From contig CAVRAY010000001.1 in NCBI GenBank assembly GCA_963719225.1, positions 1,024,001 to 1,088,000 of the forward strand: a stretch of DNA of 64,000 nt. Direction: 5' to 3'. Under the pieces are notes generated by a model. It did not search any database, was not told the origin of the DNA, and saw only the letters and a list, made by a program, of their open reading frames with translations. This document shows, piece after piece, positions 51,432-62,430 of this stretch. A program made the translations under genes and the position numbers. Within the stretch, counting starts at the first letter, position 1. Each line of letters opens with the position of its first letter. The stretch is from Thermoanaerobaculia bacterium. Its GTDB lineage: Bacteria; Acidobacteriota; Thermoanaerobaculia; UBA5066.

Positions 51432-51920
51432 GTGAGCATCACGGAGAAGCGCCTTCGCAAGCCCTTCGCGGCCATCGTGGCCGGGGGCTGGCTCGGGATC
51501 GTCGGCCTTCTCACGTTCGTTTTTCCGGCGTCCAACCGCTATACGGGCCGGGTCGTGTCGATCTCGGAAAGCGCGCGGATCTTCGTTCTCAAGGACGGCC
51601 GTCCCCGGAGCCTTCGCGTCGCCGAGATCGATTTCCCCGAAAAGGGACATCCGCGTGCCAGAGAGGCACGCGAGCTCGCGAATCGTCTCGCCCTGGGCCG
51701 CGACGTGAAGGTCGAGGAGGCCCGGCTCGCGGACGGAAGCCGGGAAGCCTACGTGACGCTGCCGAGCGGCCGGAACCTCAGCGCCGAGCTCGTGAGGGCG
51801 GGCCTTGCCTGGCCGAGCACGCGCCGCGCGGGCCGGCTGTCGTCACATCTCGCGGCTCTCGAGACGCGTGCGATGTCGGACCGGCGAGGCGTCTGGGCAG
51901 CCCCGCTCGCCGAGAACTAG
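51432..51920 (+). CDS. Thermonuclease (SNase)-like protein, divergent
   Basis: TM anchor, GRVVSI, EIDFPE, ELVRAGLAW and RRGVWA motifs. Confidence 0.65.
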   Translation: MSITEKRLRKPFAAIVAGGWLGIVGLLTFVFPASNRYTGRVVSISESARIFVLKDGRPRSLRVAEIDFPEKGHPRAREARELANRLALGRDVKVEEARLADGSREAYVTLPSGRNLSAELVRAGLAWPSTRRAGRLSSHLAALETRAMSDRRGVWAAPLAEN

Positions 51921-51932
51921 CCGAGCGCCGGC

Positions 51933-52676
51933 TCAGCTCTTCGGCTTGCGGGCCGTGACGATGCGCATCGGCGGATACGTCTCGAAGAGTCCGAGGCCGG
52001 ACCTTTCGACGCTGAAATCCGCCTCGCGAAAAGCCGTCGCGTAAAGCGATGTGTCGCGGAAGTCCGAGATGAGGGCCAAACCTCCGGGCCGCAGCACCCG
52101 CCCGATCTCGCGGCAGGCCTCCGCGCGGCCCTTCGCGTTCGGGATGTTGTGGAGACAGACGTTCGAGAGCACGACGTCGAACGAGGCGTCGGGAAAAGGC
52201 ATCTTGCGGGCGTCCGCGGTGCGCACTTCGATGCGCTCGGCGACGCCCTCGGCTTCCGCGTTTGCGAGGAAAGAGTCCGCGGTGTTCCCGGTGAGGTCCG
52301 CCGCGTTCCAGATGTCGATCCCGACGACGCGGCCGGTCGTGAGCTTTCCGGCCGCGCCGATCGCGAGAAGCCCGCGCCCGGTTCCCACGTCGAGGACGTT
52401 TTCCGCTCCCGTCCATGGGATCATCGCGAGCATCCGGTCGCGATGGCGGAACTTGCCGACCTCGGAATAGAGGATCATGAGAGCGCCGCCGAGCAGGCAC
52501 GCCACGGCCCCTCCCGTGAACATGCCCCGGACCTCCAGCGTCACGCTCGTGCCGGCCACCGCGAAGGGTCCGACACGCGACGGCCCGAACAGCGCCGCCG
52601 CGAGCAGGACCCCTCCGATGACGAAGAGATTCCGGATGACGCCCGGGGCGTCGATCCCGTAGTCCGCTTTGCGCAT
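51933..52676 (-). CDS. Class I SAM-dependent methyltransferase, membrane anchored
   Basis: YGIDAP, VLDVGTGRG, FDVVLS and RVLRPGG motifs. Confidence 0.88.
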   Translation of the reverse strand: MRKADYGIDAPGVIRNLFVIGGVLLAAALFGPSRVGPFAVAGTSVTLEVRGMFTGGAVACLLGGALMILYSEVGKFRHRDRMLAMIPWTGAENVLDVGTGRGLLAIGAAGKLTTGRVVGIDIWNAADLTGNTADSFLANAEAEGVAERIEVRTADARKMPFPDASFDVVLSNVCLHNIPNAKGRAEACREIGRVLRPGGLALISDFRDTSLYATAFREADFSVERSGLGLFETYPPMRIVTARKPKS

Positions 52677-52693
52677 GGTGAGATGCTACGACG

Positions 52694-54991
52694 ATGCCAA
52701 ACCGGCTCGGAGCCGAATCATCCCCCTACCTCCTCCAGCACGCGCACAACCCCGTGGACTGGTACCCGTGGGGCGACGAGGCGTTCGAGAAGGCGCGGCG
52801 CGAGGAGAAGCCCGTCTTTCTCTCGATCGGATACTCGTCCTGCCATTGGTGCCACGTGATGGAGCGCGAGTCGTTCGAGAGCGAGGAGATCGCGCGCTTC
52901 CTGAACGAGCACTGGGTCAGCATCAAGGTCGACCGCGAGGAGAGGCCCGACGTCGACGACGTCTACATGACGGCCGTCCAGCTCATGTCGGGGCGCGGAG
53001 GCTGGCCCCTGTCCGCATTCCTCCTTCCCGACAGGAGGCCGTTCTTCGCGGGAACGTACTTCCCGCCCGACGACCGCCATGGCCGGCCGGGCTTCCTCAC
53101 GGTCCTGAAGCGCCTCGAGGCCGCATGGCGCGAAAAGCGCGCCGACCTCGAGAGCGGCGCCGCCGAGCTCGCCGAGGAAATCGCCTCCGCGTCCGGTCTC
53201 GCGGCCCGCGGCGCGGCGGAGCCCCTTTCGGCCTCCCTGCTCGGCCTCCTGGGAGGGGCCTTGACGCGACTCTTCGACACCTCTCACGGGGGTTTCGGCG
53301 GCGCTCCGAAATTCCCCCCGCACCTCGCGCTCGCGTGGCTCCTCCGCCGGGGGGCGGGAGGCGACGCGGCCGCGCTCGGAATGGCGCAGGCCACGCTCGA
53401 CGCCATGGCGTTCGGCGGAATCCGCGACCATCTCGGCGGCGGCTTTCACCGGTATTCCACCGATGCCGAATGGCTCCTCCCGCACTTCGAGAAGATGCTC
53501 ACCGACAACGCGCAGCTCCTCGGGCTTTACGCGCGCGCATACGCCCTCAGGGGCGACGAGGCGTACGCGCAGGTCGCACGCGAGACGGGCGATTACCTGC
53601 TTCGTGAGATGCGTGGAGAAGAAGGCGGGTTCTACGCGGGGACGGACGCGGACTCGGAGGGGGAAGAGGGGAAATTTTTTGTTTGGGACCCGAGCCAGAT
53701 CCGCGAGGTCCTCGGGAAGGAAGAAGCCGAATACTTCTTAGAATGGTATTCGGTCAAAGAGGGAGGAAACTTCCTCGAAGAATCGACGGGGCGTCCCACG
53801 GGCCTCAGCGTTCTTCACCTTTCTAAGAGAATCTCCTCTTCGCCGGGCGCGGAAGCTCGGCTCGGGCCGCTTCGGCAACGACTTCTCGAGGCGCGCAGCA
53901 AACGAGTCCCCCCCGCGCTCGACGACAAGCGCGTCGCGGGGTGGAACGCCCTCGCCGTTTCTGGTTTCGCCGTCGCCGCGTCCGCGCTCTCCGAGCCGCG
54001 CTACCTCGAGGCGGCGCGCAGAGGGGCCCGCTTCCTTCTCGAGGACTGCCGCGGCGCCGAGGGACGGCTCCAGCGCACCTGGAAGGACGGCGTCGCGAAG
54101 ATCCCTTCCTTCCTCGAGGACGACGCTTTTCTCGCGCACGCTCTCCTCGACCTCGAGGAGGAGGACGAAGAGGGCGCCCAGAACTGGCGGCGCGAAGCGG
54201 CGGCCGTGATCGCGGGAATGCGCGCGCGATTCGGCAGGAGGGACGGCCCTGGCTTCACGTTTTCCGGAGACGGAAACGAGACTCTTCTCGTGAGCGGGCG
54301 GGACCTCTTCGACAAGGCCACGCCCTCGGCCTCCGGCGCCGCCGCATGGGCCCTCGCGCGCCTCGCGCTGAAGACGGGCGACCGCGCGCTCGCGCGCGAA
54401 GCGCGCGAAGCGGTCGAGGAAGTGTCGTGGCTCATGACGCGTTCGCCGCACGGCACGGAATCGTGGTTCTTCGCGCTGGAGACTCTGCTCGAGTTCGAGG
54501 AGAAATACGGTTTGCTCCCTCTCGCGGACACCGGCGGAGCGCGGCGACCTACAGTGGGGCAGGGCCTGGGTGGTTTTTCTTCGAAGGTGAATAGGGCTGA
54601 AACATGGGAAGCGCCCGTGCGCGTCGAAGGAGTGGCCGTCGAGACCCGAGTGCCGCGCGGTGAAAAGGGTGTCATCCGCATGCGGATCTCGGTCGCTCCC
54701 GACTGGCATCTGCAGGGGCCTGACGGTTTTCGCATCGAAGCATGGGCCGGGTCCGATTTCACCTTCGAAGAAATCCTCCTTCCGCCGCCCTCGCGCATCG
54801 AAGACACGAGTGGCGAGGCGGTCTCCGGGTGGCACGGGACCCTCGAAGCAAATCTCTCTTTCTCCGCATCCCGAAAGGCATCGAAAGGGATGAAGGAAGT
54901 GAGCGTCCGTGTGATCTATCGCGCCTGCGGCGAGGGCGCCTGCCGGCCCGAGGAAGTTCTCTCTCTGTCGGTGCCGGTCGAAGTCGTCTGA
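52694..54991 (+). CDS. YyaL/SSP411-like thioredoxin-domain protein with a C-terminal DsbD-N-like domain
   Basis: [37 protein letters not shown] and ADSEGEEG motifs; C-terminal YRACGEGAC. Confidence 0.9.
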   Translation: MPNRLGAESSPYLLQHAHNPVDWYPWGDEAFEKARREEKPVFLSIGYSSCHWCHVMERESFESEEIARFLNEHWVSIKVDREERPDVDDVYMTAVQLMSGRGGWPLSAFLLPDRRPFFAGTYFPPDDRHGRPGFLTVLKRLEAAWREKRADLESGAAELAEEIASASGLAARGAAEPLSASLLGLLGGALTRLFDTSHGGFGGAPKFPPHLALAWLLRRGAGGDAAALGMAQATLDAMAFGGIRDHLGGGFHRYSTDAEWLLPHFEKMLTDNAQLLGLYARAYALRGDEAYAQVARETGDYLLREMRGEEGGFYAGTDADSEGEEGKFFVWDPSQIREVLGKEEAEYFLEWYSVKEGGNFLEESTGRPTGLSVLHLSKRISSSPGAEARLGPLRQRLLEARSKRVPPALDDKRVAGWNALAVSGFAVAASALSEPRYLEAARRGARFLLEDCRGAEGRLQRTWKDGVAKIPSFLEDDAFLAHALLDLEEEDEEGAQNWRREAAAVIAGMRARFGRRDGPGFTFSGDGNETLLVSGRDLFDKATPSASGAAAWALARLALKTGDRALAREAREAVEEVSWLMTRSPHGTESWFFALETLLEFEEKYGLLPLADTGGARRPTVGQGLGGFSSKVNRAETWEAPVRVEGVAVETRVPRGEKGVIRMRISVAPDWHLQGPDGFRIEAWAGSDFTFEEILLPPPSRIEDTSGEAVSGWHGTLEANLSFSASRKASKGMKEVSVRVIYRACGEGACRPEEVLSLSVPVEVV

Positions 54992-54998
54992 GCGGCGC

Positions 54999-55469
54999 TC
55001 ACTTCCCGAGCATCTTCCCCGCCATGACGAGCTGGCCGACGTGATACGCGTTGTGGTCGAGGACGAGAAGGACCGACCTGAGGTACGACTTTCCTTTCGC
55101 GTGCGGGATCGCCGCCGTCAGGTCGGGCACGCGCGCGAGGAATTCCTCGAGAGCCTTCCGGTCCTGGGCCACCGCCTCGACGCTTTTTTTCCAGCTCGAC
55201 GCCGAAGGCGGCGCCGGCCCCTTCGGCCAGTAGTCGTCCGGCCACGCCCCGGCCTCGTAGTCGGGCTGCGTGCAGAACTCGAGGAGATCGCGCTGCGCGA
55301 GCCGGATGTGCTCGAGGAGCTCCCACGGCGAGTGCTGGAAGCCGTGCGGCCTCTTGCCGCGGGCCTTCGCCGGGATCCTGGCGACCGCATCCTCGAACGT
55401 CAGATGGGCCTCGCCCCAGCCGAGGGCACGGGAGACGTGCTGCCGGAACGCGTCGTCGCTTGGCGTCAT
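54999..55469 (-). CDS. DinB-family protein
   Basis: SPWELLEHIRLAQ and DHNAYHVGQ motifs. Confidence 0.82.
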   Translation of the reverse strand: MTPSDDAFRQHVSRALGWGEAHLTFEDAVARIPAKARGKRPHGFQHSPWELLEHIRLAQRDLLEFCTQPDYEAGAWPDDYWPKGPAPPSASSWKKSVEAVAQDRKALEEFLARVPDLTAAIPHAKGKSYLRSVLLVLDHNAYHVGQLVMAGKMLGK

Positions 55470-55479
55470 CGGACCTCCC

Positions 55480-56124
55480 TCACTTCCGGAGCATCTTGAA
55501 CGCGTGATCCCAGCTCCCCGCGACGGCGCCGTACTGAACCCAGAGGATGCACATCGGCTCGAGGAGGCGCGCGCCCTCGATGCCGCCGAGGTCGACCGTC
55601 TCCCAGCCGAATGCCTTGCACACGTCGGCGGCAGCGGCGCGGGCGGAGGGATCGTTCCCGCAGAGGAACATCGTCGGCGGGCCTCCGGGGAATTTCGGGT
55701 CGACCATGTGCTTGTTGCCCACGATGTTGAAGACCTTCACGACGCGCGCGCCCGGCAGCCAGCGCTGGACCTGCTCGCCGCCGGAGTCCGTGTGGCCCAG
55801 GGCGAGCTTCGGGGCCTGGTTCTGCTCGAAGAGGAGCGGGTTCGTCACGTCGAAGACGACCTTGCCCTTGAAGTTCTCGATTCCCGCGAGACGGAGCGCA
55901 CCTTCGGTCCCGCTCCAGAGCGTCGCGACGACCACGATCTCGCCGAAGGCCGCCGCGTCGTGGAACGTTCCGGGAGAGCCTTTCGCCCCGTGCTTCGCGG
56001 CCCACTTCGTGATCTTTTCGTTCGTGGCCTCCCGCGCGCCGAGCTTCACGTCGTGTCCGCGCGAGACGAAGCCGTCTCCGAGGGCCTGGCCGACTTCACC
56101 GCTGCCGAGGATTCCAACCTTCAT
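55480..56124 (-). CDS. NADPH-dependent F420 reductase-like oxidoreductase
   Basis: GILGSGEVG, DVTNP, SGGE and VVKVFN motifs. Confidence 0.85.
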   Translation of the reverse strand: MKVGILGSGEVGQALGDGFVSRGHDVKLGAREATNEKITKWAAKHGAKGSPGTFHDAAAFGEIVVVATLWSGTEGALRLAGIENFKGKVVFDVTNPLLFEQNQAPKLALGHTDSGGEQVQRWLPGARVVKVFNIVGNKHMVDPKFPGGPPTMFLCGNDPSARAAAADVCKAFGWETVDLGGIEGARLLEPMCILWVQYGAVAGSWDHAFKMLRK

Positions 56125-56211
56125 GACGAGACCTCCGCCCGCCGCAAACGCGCGAAGCGGCACCGAAAATTCCAGGGCGTGAAAGAAAGGCACGTCCTAG
56201 AATAGTGATGG

Positions 56212-56664
56212 GTGTTCGAAGACATTTCGGATCCGTCCCGGAACGCCATTCCGAACTGGGGGGATACGCCTCCCATCGACTCCGACGAGGCGTCCCGCGC
56301 CGCGAGATTCTGGGCGGGCGCCGCGTTCGTTCTGGTCGCGCTGGATTCGTGGGTGGACTACAAGAGGCTCGCGAGCGCCGACCTCCTCCGGAATCTCGTG
56401 TTTCTAGGCTTCCTCGCCCTCGTCTGGCTCTTCCGGAGCGAGATCGCGGCCGCGCTGGCGTGCCTCATGACGCCTCTCTTCTGGTTCGGGGGAATGACCC
56501 GCTGGCGGGGCGTCCCCGTGGACAACTACTATCGGACCCGAGGCGCCCTCATTCTTCTCGGCGCGTGCGTAATCGCCGCGTGGTCGTGTCACCGCTACCA
56601 TCGGTTCAAGATGGAAGAGTCGGCGCTTCCCCCGGATTCGAACGACGGCGTAGGGCCTGCCTGA
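56212..56664 (+). CDS. Hypothetical membrane protein
   Basis: ORF fills the intergenic space and has several hydrophobic segments. Confidence 0.45.
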   Translation: MFEDISDPSRNAIPNWGDTPPIDSDEASRAARFWAGAAFVLVALDSWVDYKRLASADLLRNLVFLGFLALVWLFRSEIAAALACLMTPLFWFGGMTRWRGVPVDNYYRTRGALILLGACVIAAWSCHRYHRFKMEESALPPDSNDGVGPA

Positions 56665-56675
56665 CGCGCCGGGAG

Positions 56676-57113
56676 TCAGCCCGCGACGCCGTCGTAGCCG
56701 AGATAGGCTTCGAGGACGTTCACCTCGTGCTCGAGGTCGGCGATTCGCTCCTCCATGATTCCGCGCAGAGAGACCATCCCGACGACCTTCTTCTCGTCGT
56801 CGAGGATCGGGAGGTGGCGGATGTGGTGCTCCGTCATGCGTTCGGCGGCTTCCGCGTCGTCGGCGTTCCCGGGCACCGCCAGAACCGGCGACGTCATGAC
56901 CGCGAAGACGCGTGTCTTCGCCGGATCCTCGTGCGCGAGGATGATCTTGTCGAGGATGTCGCGCTCCGAGAAGATCCCGACAAGCTCTTTTCCTTTGAGG
57001 ACGACCACCGCCCCGATGCGGTGCTTCACCATGACCTTCACGGCCTCTTCGACGGTCGCGTCGTGCGGAACGCTCACGGCGGGTCGGGATGAATTCCTGA
57101 GAAGCTTCGCCAT
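56676..57113 (-). CDS. CBS-pair protein
   Basis: LVGIFSERD, VMTSP, IRHLPI and VGMVS motifs. Confidence 0.88.
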   Translation of the reverse strand: MAKLLRNSSRPAVSVPHDATVEEAVKVMVKHRIGAVVVLKGKELVGIFSERDILDKIILAHEDPAKTRVFAVMTSPVLAVPGNADDAEAAERMTEHHIRHLPILDDEKKVVGMVSLRGIMEERIADLEHEVNVLEAYLGYDGVAG

Positions 57114-57190
57114 GATGGACTCCTCTCGCAGGTTCGCGCCTGGAGTCAATCTGGGAGCCGCTCCTCAGTGCGCTCCATGATGCAGGTGTC

Positions 57191-57985
57191 TCATCGGGCG
57201 CGTGCGTAGCCCGGTTTTCGGTCTCCGAGCACCGGGAACTTCGCCCGCGCGTCGGCGACCTGCGCGGGATCCACGTCCACGAGGAGGACCGTCTCGATCT
57301 CGGCGGCGCTCGCGAGCGTCTCTCCCCACGGCGAGATCACGGCCGAGTCACCCGCGTGATGGAACCCCTTGCCGTCGTCTCCCACGCGGTTGACGCCGGC
57401 GACGTAGCAGAGATTCTCGATGGCACGCGCCTTCAGGAGGAGCTGCCAGTGCGCGCGCCTCCGTTCGGGCCAGTTCGCGACGACCGCGAAGAGATCGGTC
57501 CCGTCCGCGGCGAGGCGGAAGGGCTCCGGGAAGCGCAGGTCGTAGCAGACCTGCGGCGTCACGCGCGCGCCTTCGATCGTCCACGTCACGACGCTGTCGC
57601 CGGCTCCGAACGCCTCGTGCTCGCCCGCGAAGGAGAAGGGGTGGAGCTTCGTGTAGCGCGAGACGTCGCCCTCCGGCGTGACCCAGAGCGCGTTGTTCCG
57701 CGGCAGCTCCGACGGCGCCCCGGCGGCGTCGCACGTCTCCGCGAGGCCCGCGATGAGGTGCAGCCCGAGGCCGCGCGCCATTCCGCGAAGCCACTGCTCG
57801 CTCGGGCCGCCCGGCGGCTGGGCGATCTTCACTCCGTCCAGAGAGAAGCCCGTCGCGAACATCTCCGGCAGGAGGGCGAGGTTCGCGCCGCCGTCGGCCG
57901 CGCGCTTGAGCAGCTTCGCGGCGCGGGCGTGGTTCGCCTGCCAGTCTTCCCAGGCGAGGTCCATCTGCAGGAGCGCGACGCGCAC
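57191..57985 (-). CDS. Carbon-nitrogen hydrolase (omega-amidase/YafV-like)
   Basis: LPEMFATGF, KLHPF, CYDLRFPE and ARAIEN motifs. Confidence 0.88.
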   Translation of the reverse strand: MRVALLQMDLAWEDWQANHARAAKLLKRAADGGANLALLPEMFATGFSLDGVKIAQPPGGPSEQWLRGMARGLGLHLIAGLAETCDAAGAPSELPRNNALWVTPEGDVSRYTKLHPFSFAGEHEAFGAGDSVVTWTIEGARVTPQVCYDLRFPEPFRLAADGTDLFAVVANWPERRRAHWQLLLKARAIENLCYVAGVNRVGDDGKGFHHAGDSAVISPWGETLASAAEIETVLLVDVDPAQVADARAKFPVLGDRKPGYARAR

Positions 57986-58047
57986 GGCGGGATTATGGAC
58001 GCGCCCGCGGGGACGCGCCGGTATGATTCCGCCCGAACGGAGATCGC

Positions 58048-58329
58048 ATGGCCACGAAAAAAGGCTCATCCGCCGCGGAAAAGTTCAACGACGCGAAGGC
58101 GCGCGTCGAAAAACTCTCGAAGCGGCCGTCCAACGACCAGCTCCTCGACCTCTACGCGTTCTACAAGCAGGCCACTGAGGGGGACGTTTCCGGCTCGCGG
58201 CCGGGCATGCTCGATCTGAAGGGCCGCGCGAAGTACGACGCCTGGGCCGCGCGGAAAGGACTGTCCAAGGACGACGCGATGAAGAAGTACGCCGCGCTCG
58301 TCGACAAGCTCGCGGCCGAGCTGGGCTGA
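58048..58329 (+). CDS. Acyl-CoA-binding protein
   Basis: LYAFYKQATEGD and AKYDAW motifs. Confidence 0.9.
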   Translation: MATKKGSSAAEKFNDAKARVEKLSKRPSNDQLLDLYAFYKQATEGDVSGSRPGMLDLKGRAKYDAWAARKGLSKDDAMKKYAALVDKLAAELG

Positions 58330-58378
58330 ATCCCGGGGTCGCCGGCGAACGGCCCCGCCTTTGCTAGCGTTTTCCGAC

Positions 58379-59188
58379 ATGAAAACTCTGCAAGGGCTCG
58401 TCGCCACGGCCGTCGCCTTCCTTGCCGCGAACGCGGCCTTCGCGAAAGTCGTCACGAAACCCGTCGTCTACGAACACGCGGGCACGAAGCTGGAAGGCCT
58501 CCTCGCGTACGACGACGCCAAGACCTCGAAGGGAAGGCTCCCGGGCGTCCTCGTGATTCCCGAGTGGTGGGGGCTCAACGCGTACGTGAAAAGGCGCGCC
58601 GAGCAGATCGCCGCGATGGGCTACGTCGCCTTCGCCGTGGACATGTACGGGCAGGGCGTCGTCACGGAAGATCCGAAGAAGGCGGCGGAGCTCGCGGGTC
58701 AGTTCCACGGGAAGCCGCTCATGGCCGAGCGTGCGAACGCCGGCCTCGAGCAGCTCCTGAAGATGGACCGCGTCGATCCGAAAAAAATCGCCGCGATCGG
58801 CTTCTGCTTCGGCGGCTCCACGGCGCAGGCGCTCGCCTACAGCGGCGCGCCGCTCGCGGGCATCGTCAGCTTCCACGGCGGGCCGGTGAACGCTCCCGCG
58901 TCGGCGGCGGGCAACGTCAAGGCGAAATTCCTGCTCCTCAACGGCGCAGACGACCCGATGGCGAAAGCGGACGCGCGGGCGGCGCTCGAGAAGTCTCTCG
59001 AGGAGGCGAAGGTCGACTATCAGTCCGTCGACTACTCGGACGCCGTCCACGCGTTCACGAACCCCGATGCGGACAGGCTCGCGGCGGCCGGCGGAATGAA
59101 GGGCGTGATCGGCTACAACGAGACCGCCGCCCGGCGCTCCTGGAAGGCCATGCAGGTCTTCTTCGAGGAGATCTTCGGCGCACGCTGA
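58379..59188 (+). CDS. Dienelactone hydrolase family protein, exported
   Basis: Signal peptide; EWWG, GFCFGG, FHG and HAFTNP motifs. Confidence 0.9.
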   Translation: MKTLQGLVATAVAFLAANAAFAKVVTKPVVYEHAGTKLEGLLAYDDAKTSKGRLPGVLVIPEWWGLNAYVKRRAEQIAAMGYVAFAVDMYGQGVVTEDPKKAAELAGQFHGKPLMAERANAGLEQLLKMDRVDPKKIAAIGFCFGGSTAQALAYSGAPLAGIVSFHGGPVNAPASAAGNVKAKFLLLNGADDPMAKADARAALEKSLEEAKVDYQSVDYSDAVHAFTNPDADRLAAAGGMKGVIGYNETAARRSWKAMQVFFEEIFGAR

Positions 59189-59212
59189 GCGGCGGCCCGT
59201 CTCTTCACGACT

Positions 59213-59458
59213 TCAATCGAGCTGCAGGTCCAGGCAATCCCGGTCCGCGATCGCTTCGCGGGGCGAAATGGTTCCCGGCAGCGCGGTGGAGGCCGTCTCG
59301 GCCCGGGCGCCCCCGACGGACGAGGCGGCGGTCTTCGTGGAAGTTCCTCCCGCCGCGAGCAGAGTCCCGGCCGCCAGCGCCAGAACCGCCATGGCTCCCG
59401 CCAACCCCGCTCTCGACCTCATCTTCACCGTCTTCGCCTTCGCGCGTTCGATTCTCAT
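59213..59458 (-). CDS. Small exported peptide (81 aa)
   Basis: AAGGAGG RBS, signal-like segment, C-terminus DRDCLDLQLD; sigma54 promoter upstream. Confidence 0.55.
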   Translation of the reverse strand: MRIERAKAKTVKMRSRAGLAGAMAVLALAAGTLLAAGGTSTKTAASSVGGARAETASTALPGTISPREAIADRDCLDLQLD

Positions 59459-59493
59459 GGTGCCCTCCTTGGTTCTGATCCCGAAGGGCGTAG

Positions 59494-59600
59494 AGCAAGG
59501 GCGAGGCCACCTCATCGCGCCAACGCAACTCTCTGATTTTCAGCGGGGTTTTCTTTCGCGCGTGCCTGGCGTCACATCCGATCGTCCGCATTGCGGACGA
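59494..59600 (-). promoter_or_regulatory. Sigma54 promoter, IHF site and palindromic UAS
   Basis: Minus strand TGGCCT-N5-TTGCT (59494..59509); AATCAG-N4-TTG (59526..59538); TCGTCCGCA-T-TGCGGACGA (59582..59600). Confidence 0.65.
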
Positions 59601-59606
59601 CAGTTT

Positions 59607-60956
59607 CTAGTTCCTGGACACGACGATCCCGTACCTGCGGATCTTCTGGTAGAGCGAGCTGCGCGAGACGCCGAGCGACTCCGCCGCGCGGCTGATCCGC
59701 CCGCGCTCCTTCTCGAGCGTGATACGGATCAGGTCTTTCTCCGTCTCGCGGAGACTGCCGTCCCCGGCAGGCTGTGGAAGGGCCGACGGCGCGGGCTCGA
59801 ACGAAAAATCCTCGGGTCCGACCTCCTGGCCGTGCGAAAGCAGGACGGCGCGCTCGAGCGCGTTGCGCAGCTCGCGGACGTTCCCCGGCCAGCGATGGAG
59901 ATGGAGCTTCTCGAGAGCCGCGGGTGCGAGTCGCATCGGCTCGCGATCGAGCTCGAGGGCGATCTGCCCGAGGAGCAATTCCACGAGCGTGTCGAGATCG
60001 TCGGGCCTCTCCCGAAGCGGCGGAATCTCCAGGAGGACCGTGTTGATCCGGAAATAGAGGTCGGCCCGGAATTCCTTCCTCTCGACCAGGGCGTCGAGGT
60101 GCTCGTGCGAGGCGGCGATCAGGCGGATGTCGACCTGGCGCTCGCGCACGTCGCCGAGGCGCCTGAATTTCTTCTCCTCGAGGACCTTCAGGAGCTTCGG
60201 CTGGACGGAGAGCGGGACGTCCCCGATCTCGTCCAGGAAGAGCGTCCCCTTGTGCGCGACCTCGAGGAGCCCGAGCTTCGTGGCGACCGCGCTCGTGAAG
60301 GCGCCCTTCTCGTGGCCGAAGAGCTCGCTTTCCAGGAACTCCGGAGAGAGCCCGGCGCAGTTCAGGTCCAGGAAACATTCCTCGGCGCGAGGCCCGTTGC
60401 GGTGGATCCAGGCGGCGAGGACGCCCTTGCCCGTGCCCGTCTCTCCGCGGATGAGAACCGGGACGTTCGCGCCGGCGACACGCTGCGCCCGGTCGTGGAG
60501 CAGGCGGATCGCCGGACTCGAGCCGCGGAAAGGGTCGATCTCTCCCCGCGCCCCGCGCGCTTCGTCGCGAAGGCGGCGGCGGCGGTTGCGCTGGTTCTCG
60601 AGCACACGGTCGACGACGAGAAGGAAGGCCGCGAGCTGCACGGGCTTCGTCAGGAACTGCTCCGCTCCTTCCTGGAGGGCCTGAACCGCGACGTCGAGCT
60701 CCTCGTAACGGGCGAGAACGACGCAGCCGACGCCCGCGTCGGCCCGCTTCGCGTGCGCGAGGATCTCGAGAGCGCTCCCATCCGGCAGGCGCGCGGCGAC
60801 GACGAGAGCGTCCGGTCTCGAGGTCTCGAAGGACTGGAGGGCGACCCGGCAGGAAGCCGCCTCCTGCACGTCGTACCCGTCGATTCGGAGCATGTTCCGC
60901 ACGTTCTCGCGGATCGCGTCATCCGCCTCGACGACCAGGATCCGTCCCTTCGTCAT
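59607..60956 (-). CDS. Sigma54-dependent activator with a degenerate receiver domain
   Basis: [22 protein letters not shown] and an HTH; the receiver has VEADD and LVVAARLP (phospho-Asp replaced by Ala). Confidence 0.88.
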   Translation of the reverse strand: MTKGRILVVEADDAIRENVRNMLRIDGYDVQEAASCRVALQSFETSRPDALVVAARLPDGSALEILAHAKRADAGVGCVVLARYEELDVAVQALQEGAEQFLTKPVQLAAFLLVVDRVLENQRNRRRRLRDEARGARGEIDPFRGSSPAIRLLHDRAQRVAGANVPVLIRGETGTGKGVLAAWIHRNGPRAEECFLDLNCAGLSPEFLESELFGHEKGAFTSAVATKLGLLEVAHKGTLFLDEIGDVPLSVQPKLLKVLEEKKFRRLGDVRERQVDIRLIAASHEHLDALVERKEFRADLYFRINTVLLEIPPLRERPDDLDTLVELLLGQIALELDREPMRLAPAALEKLHLHRWPGNVRELRNALERAVLLSHGQEVGPEDFSFEPAPSALPQPAGDGSLRETEKDLIRITLEKERGRISRAAESLGVSRSSLYQKIRRYGIVVSRN

Positions 60957-61017
60957 GCGCCGCCCCCCACGAACATCGGCGGCATTCTCCACCCACCGCT
61001 CTGCTAGGCTGAAAGGG

Positions 61018-62430
61018 ATGCGCGCGACCCTCTTCTCGAAGGTCTGGGACCTTCACGCCGTCCGCAAGCTCCCGACCGGGCAGACGCAGCTCTTCGTGGG
61101 TCTCCACCTCGTCCACGAGGTCACGAGCCCGCAGGCCTTCGAGATGCTGCGCGTGCGCGGCTGGAGAGTGCCGTTCCCGTCTCGCACGGTCGCGACGGTG
61201 GACCACATCGTCCCGACGAAGAGCATCGCGCGGCCCTTCGCCGACGCCCAGGCCGAGGAGATGCTCACGTCGCTCCAGCAGAACTGCCGCGAACACGGCG
61301 TCCCGTTGCACGACCTCGGCTCGTACGAGCAGGGCATCGTGCACGTGATCGGCCCCGAGCTGGGGCTCACGCAGCCCGGCATGACGATCGCGTGCGGCGA
61401 CAGCCACACTTCCACGCACGGCGCTTTCGGCGCGCTCGCGTTCGGCATCGGAACCTCGCAGGTCCGCGACGTCCTCGCGTCGCAGAGCCTCGCCCTCGAC
61501 CCGCTCAAGGTGCGGCGCCTCGACGTCGGGGGCACGCTCCATCCCGGGGTCTACGCCAAGGACGTCATTCTCGCGATCATCCGCCGGCTCGGCGTGAAAG
61601 GCGGCGTCGGGTACGCATACGAATACGGCGGCGAAGCCGTGTCGCGGATGTCGATGGAAGAGCGCATGACGCTTTGCAACATGTCCGTGGAGGGCGGCGC
61701 GCGCGCGGGCTACGTGAATCCCGACGCGACGACGTTCGCGTACCTGAAGGGGCGGCCCGCGGCGCCGTCCGGCGACGCCTGGGATCGCGCCGTGACCTGG
61801 TGGACATCGATGGCGTCCGACCCGGACGCGCGCTACGACGACCGCGTCGCGCTCGACGCCGGCGCCCTCGAGCCGCACGTGACGTGGGGAATCAACCCGG
61901 GCCAGAGCGTGAGCGTTTCGGGCCGAGTCCCGAAGGCTTCCGACGAGGCGCCCGAGGCGCGCGCGCAGGTCGCCGAGGCGCTCGACTACATGGGCTTCTC
62001 CGGCGGCGAGACGATTTCCGGCACGAGGATCGACGTCGCCTTCATCGGGTCCTGCACGAACGGCCGGCTGTCGGATCTCCGCGAGGCGAGCCGCGTCGTC
62101 AAGGGCCGGAAGGTCGCGTCGCACGTGAAGGCCCTCGTCGTTCCCGGCTCGAATGCGGTCAAGGCCGCCGCCGAGAAGGAAGGCCTCGATTCGGTCTTCC
62201 GCGACGCGGGCTTCGAGTGGCGCGGAGCGGGGTGCTCCATGTGCCTCGCGATGAACCCGGATCGGCTCGAGGGGCGGCAGGTGTGCGCGTCCTCGTCGAA
62301 CCGCAACTTCAAGGGCCGGCAGGGGAGCCCGACCGGCCGCACGCTCCTCATGAGCCCCGCGATGGTCGCGGCGGCGGCGCTGGCGGGCGAGGTGGCCGAC
62401 GTGCGGCCGATGCTCGGAGGCGGCCGATGA
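61018..62430 (+). CDS. leuC: 3-isopropylmalate dehydratase large subunit
   Basis: [34 protein letters not shown] and NRNFKGRQG motifs. Confidence 0.95.
   Translation: MRATLFSKVWDLHAVRKLPTGQTQLFVGLHLVHEVTSPQAFEMLRVRGWRVPFPSRTVATVDHIVPTKSIARPFADAQAEEMLTSLQQNCREHGVPLHDLGSYEQGIVHVIGPELGLTQPGMTIACGDSHTSTHGAFGALAFGIGTSQVRDVLASQSLALDPLKVRRLDVGGTLHPGVYAKDVILAIIRRLGVKGGVGYAYEYGGEAVSRMSMEERMTLCNMSVEGGARAGYVNPDATTFAYLKGRPAAPSGDAWDRAVTWWTSMASDPDARYDDRVALDAGALEPHVTWGINPGQSVSVSGRVPKASDEAPEARAQVAEALDYMGFSGGETISGTRIDVAFIGSCTNGRLSDLREASRVVKGRKVASHVKALVVPGSNAVKAAAEKEGLDSVFRDAGFEWRGAGCSMCLAMNPDRLEGRQVCASSSNRNFKGRQGSPTGRTLLMSPAMVAAAALAGEVADVRPMLGGGR

Noticed and set aside
51432-51920. SNase-like gene as a defence nuclease
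   Set aside because: The DGDT and YGR motifs are degenerate and there is no defence-island context.
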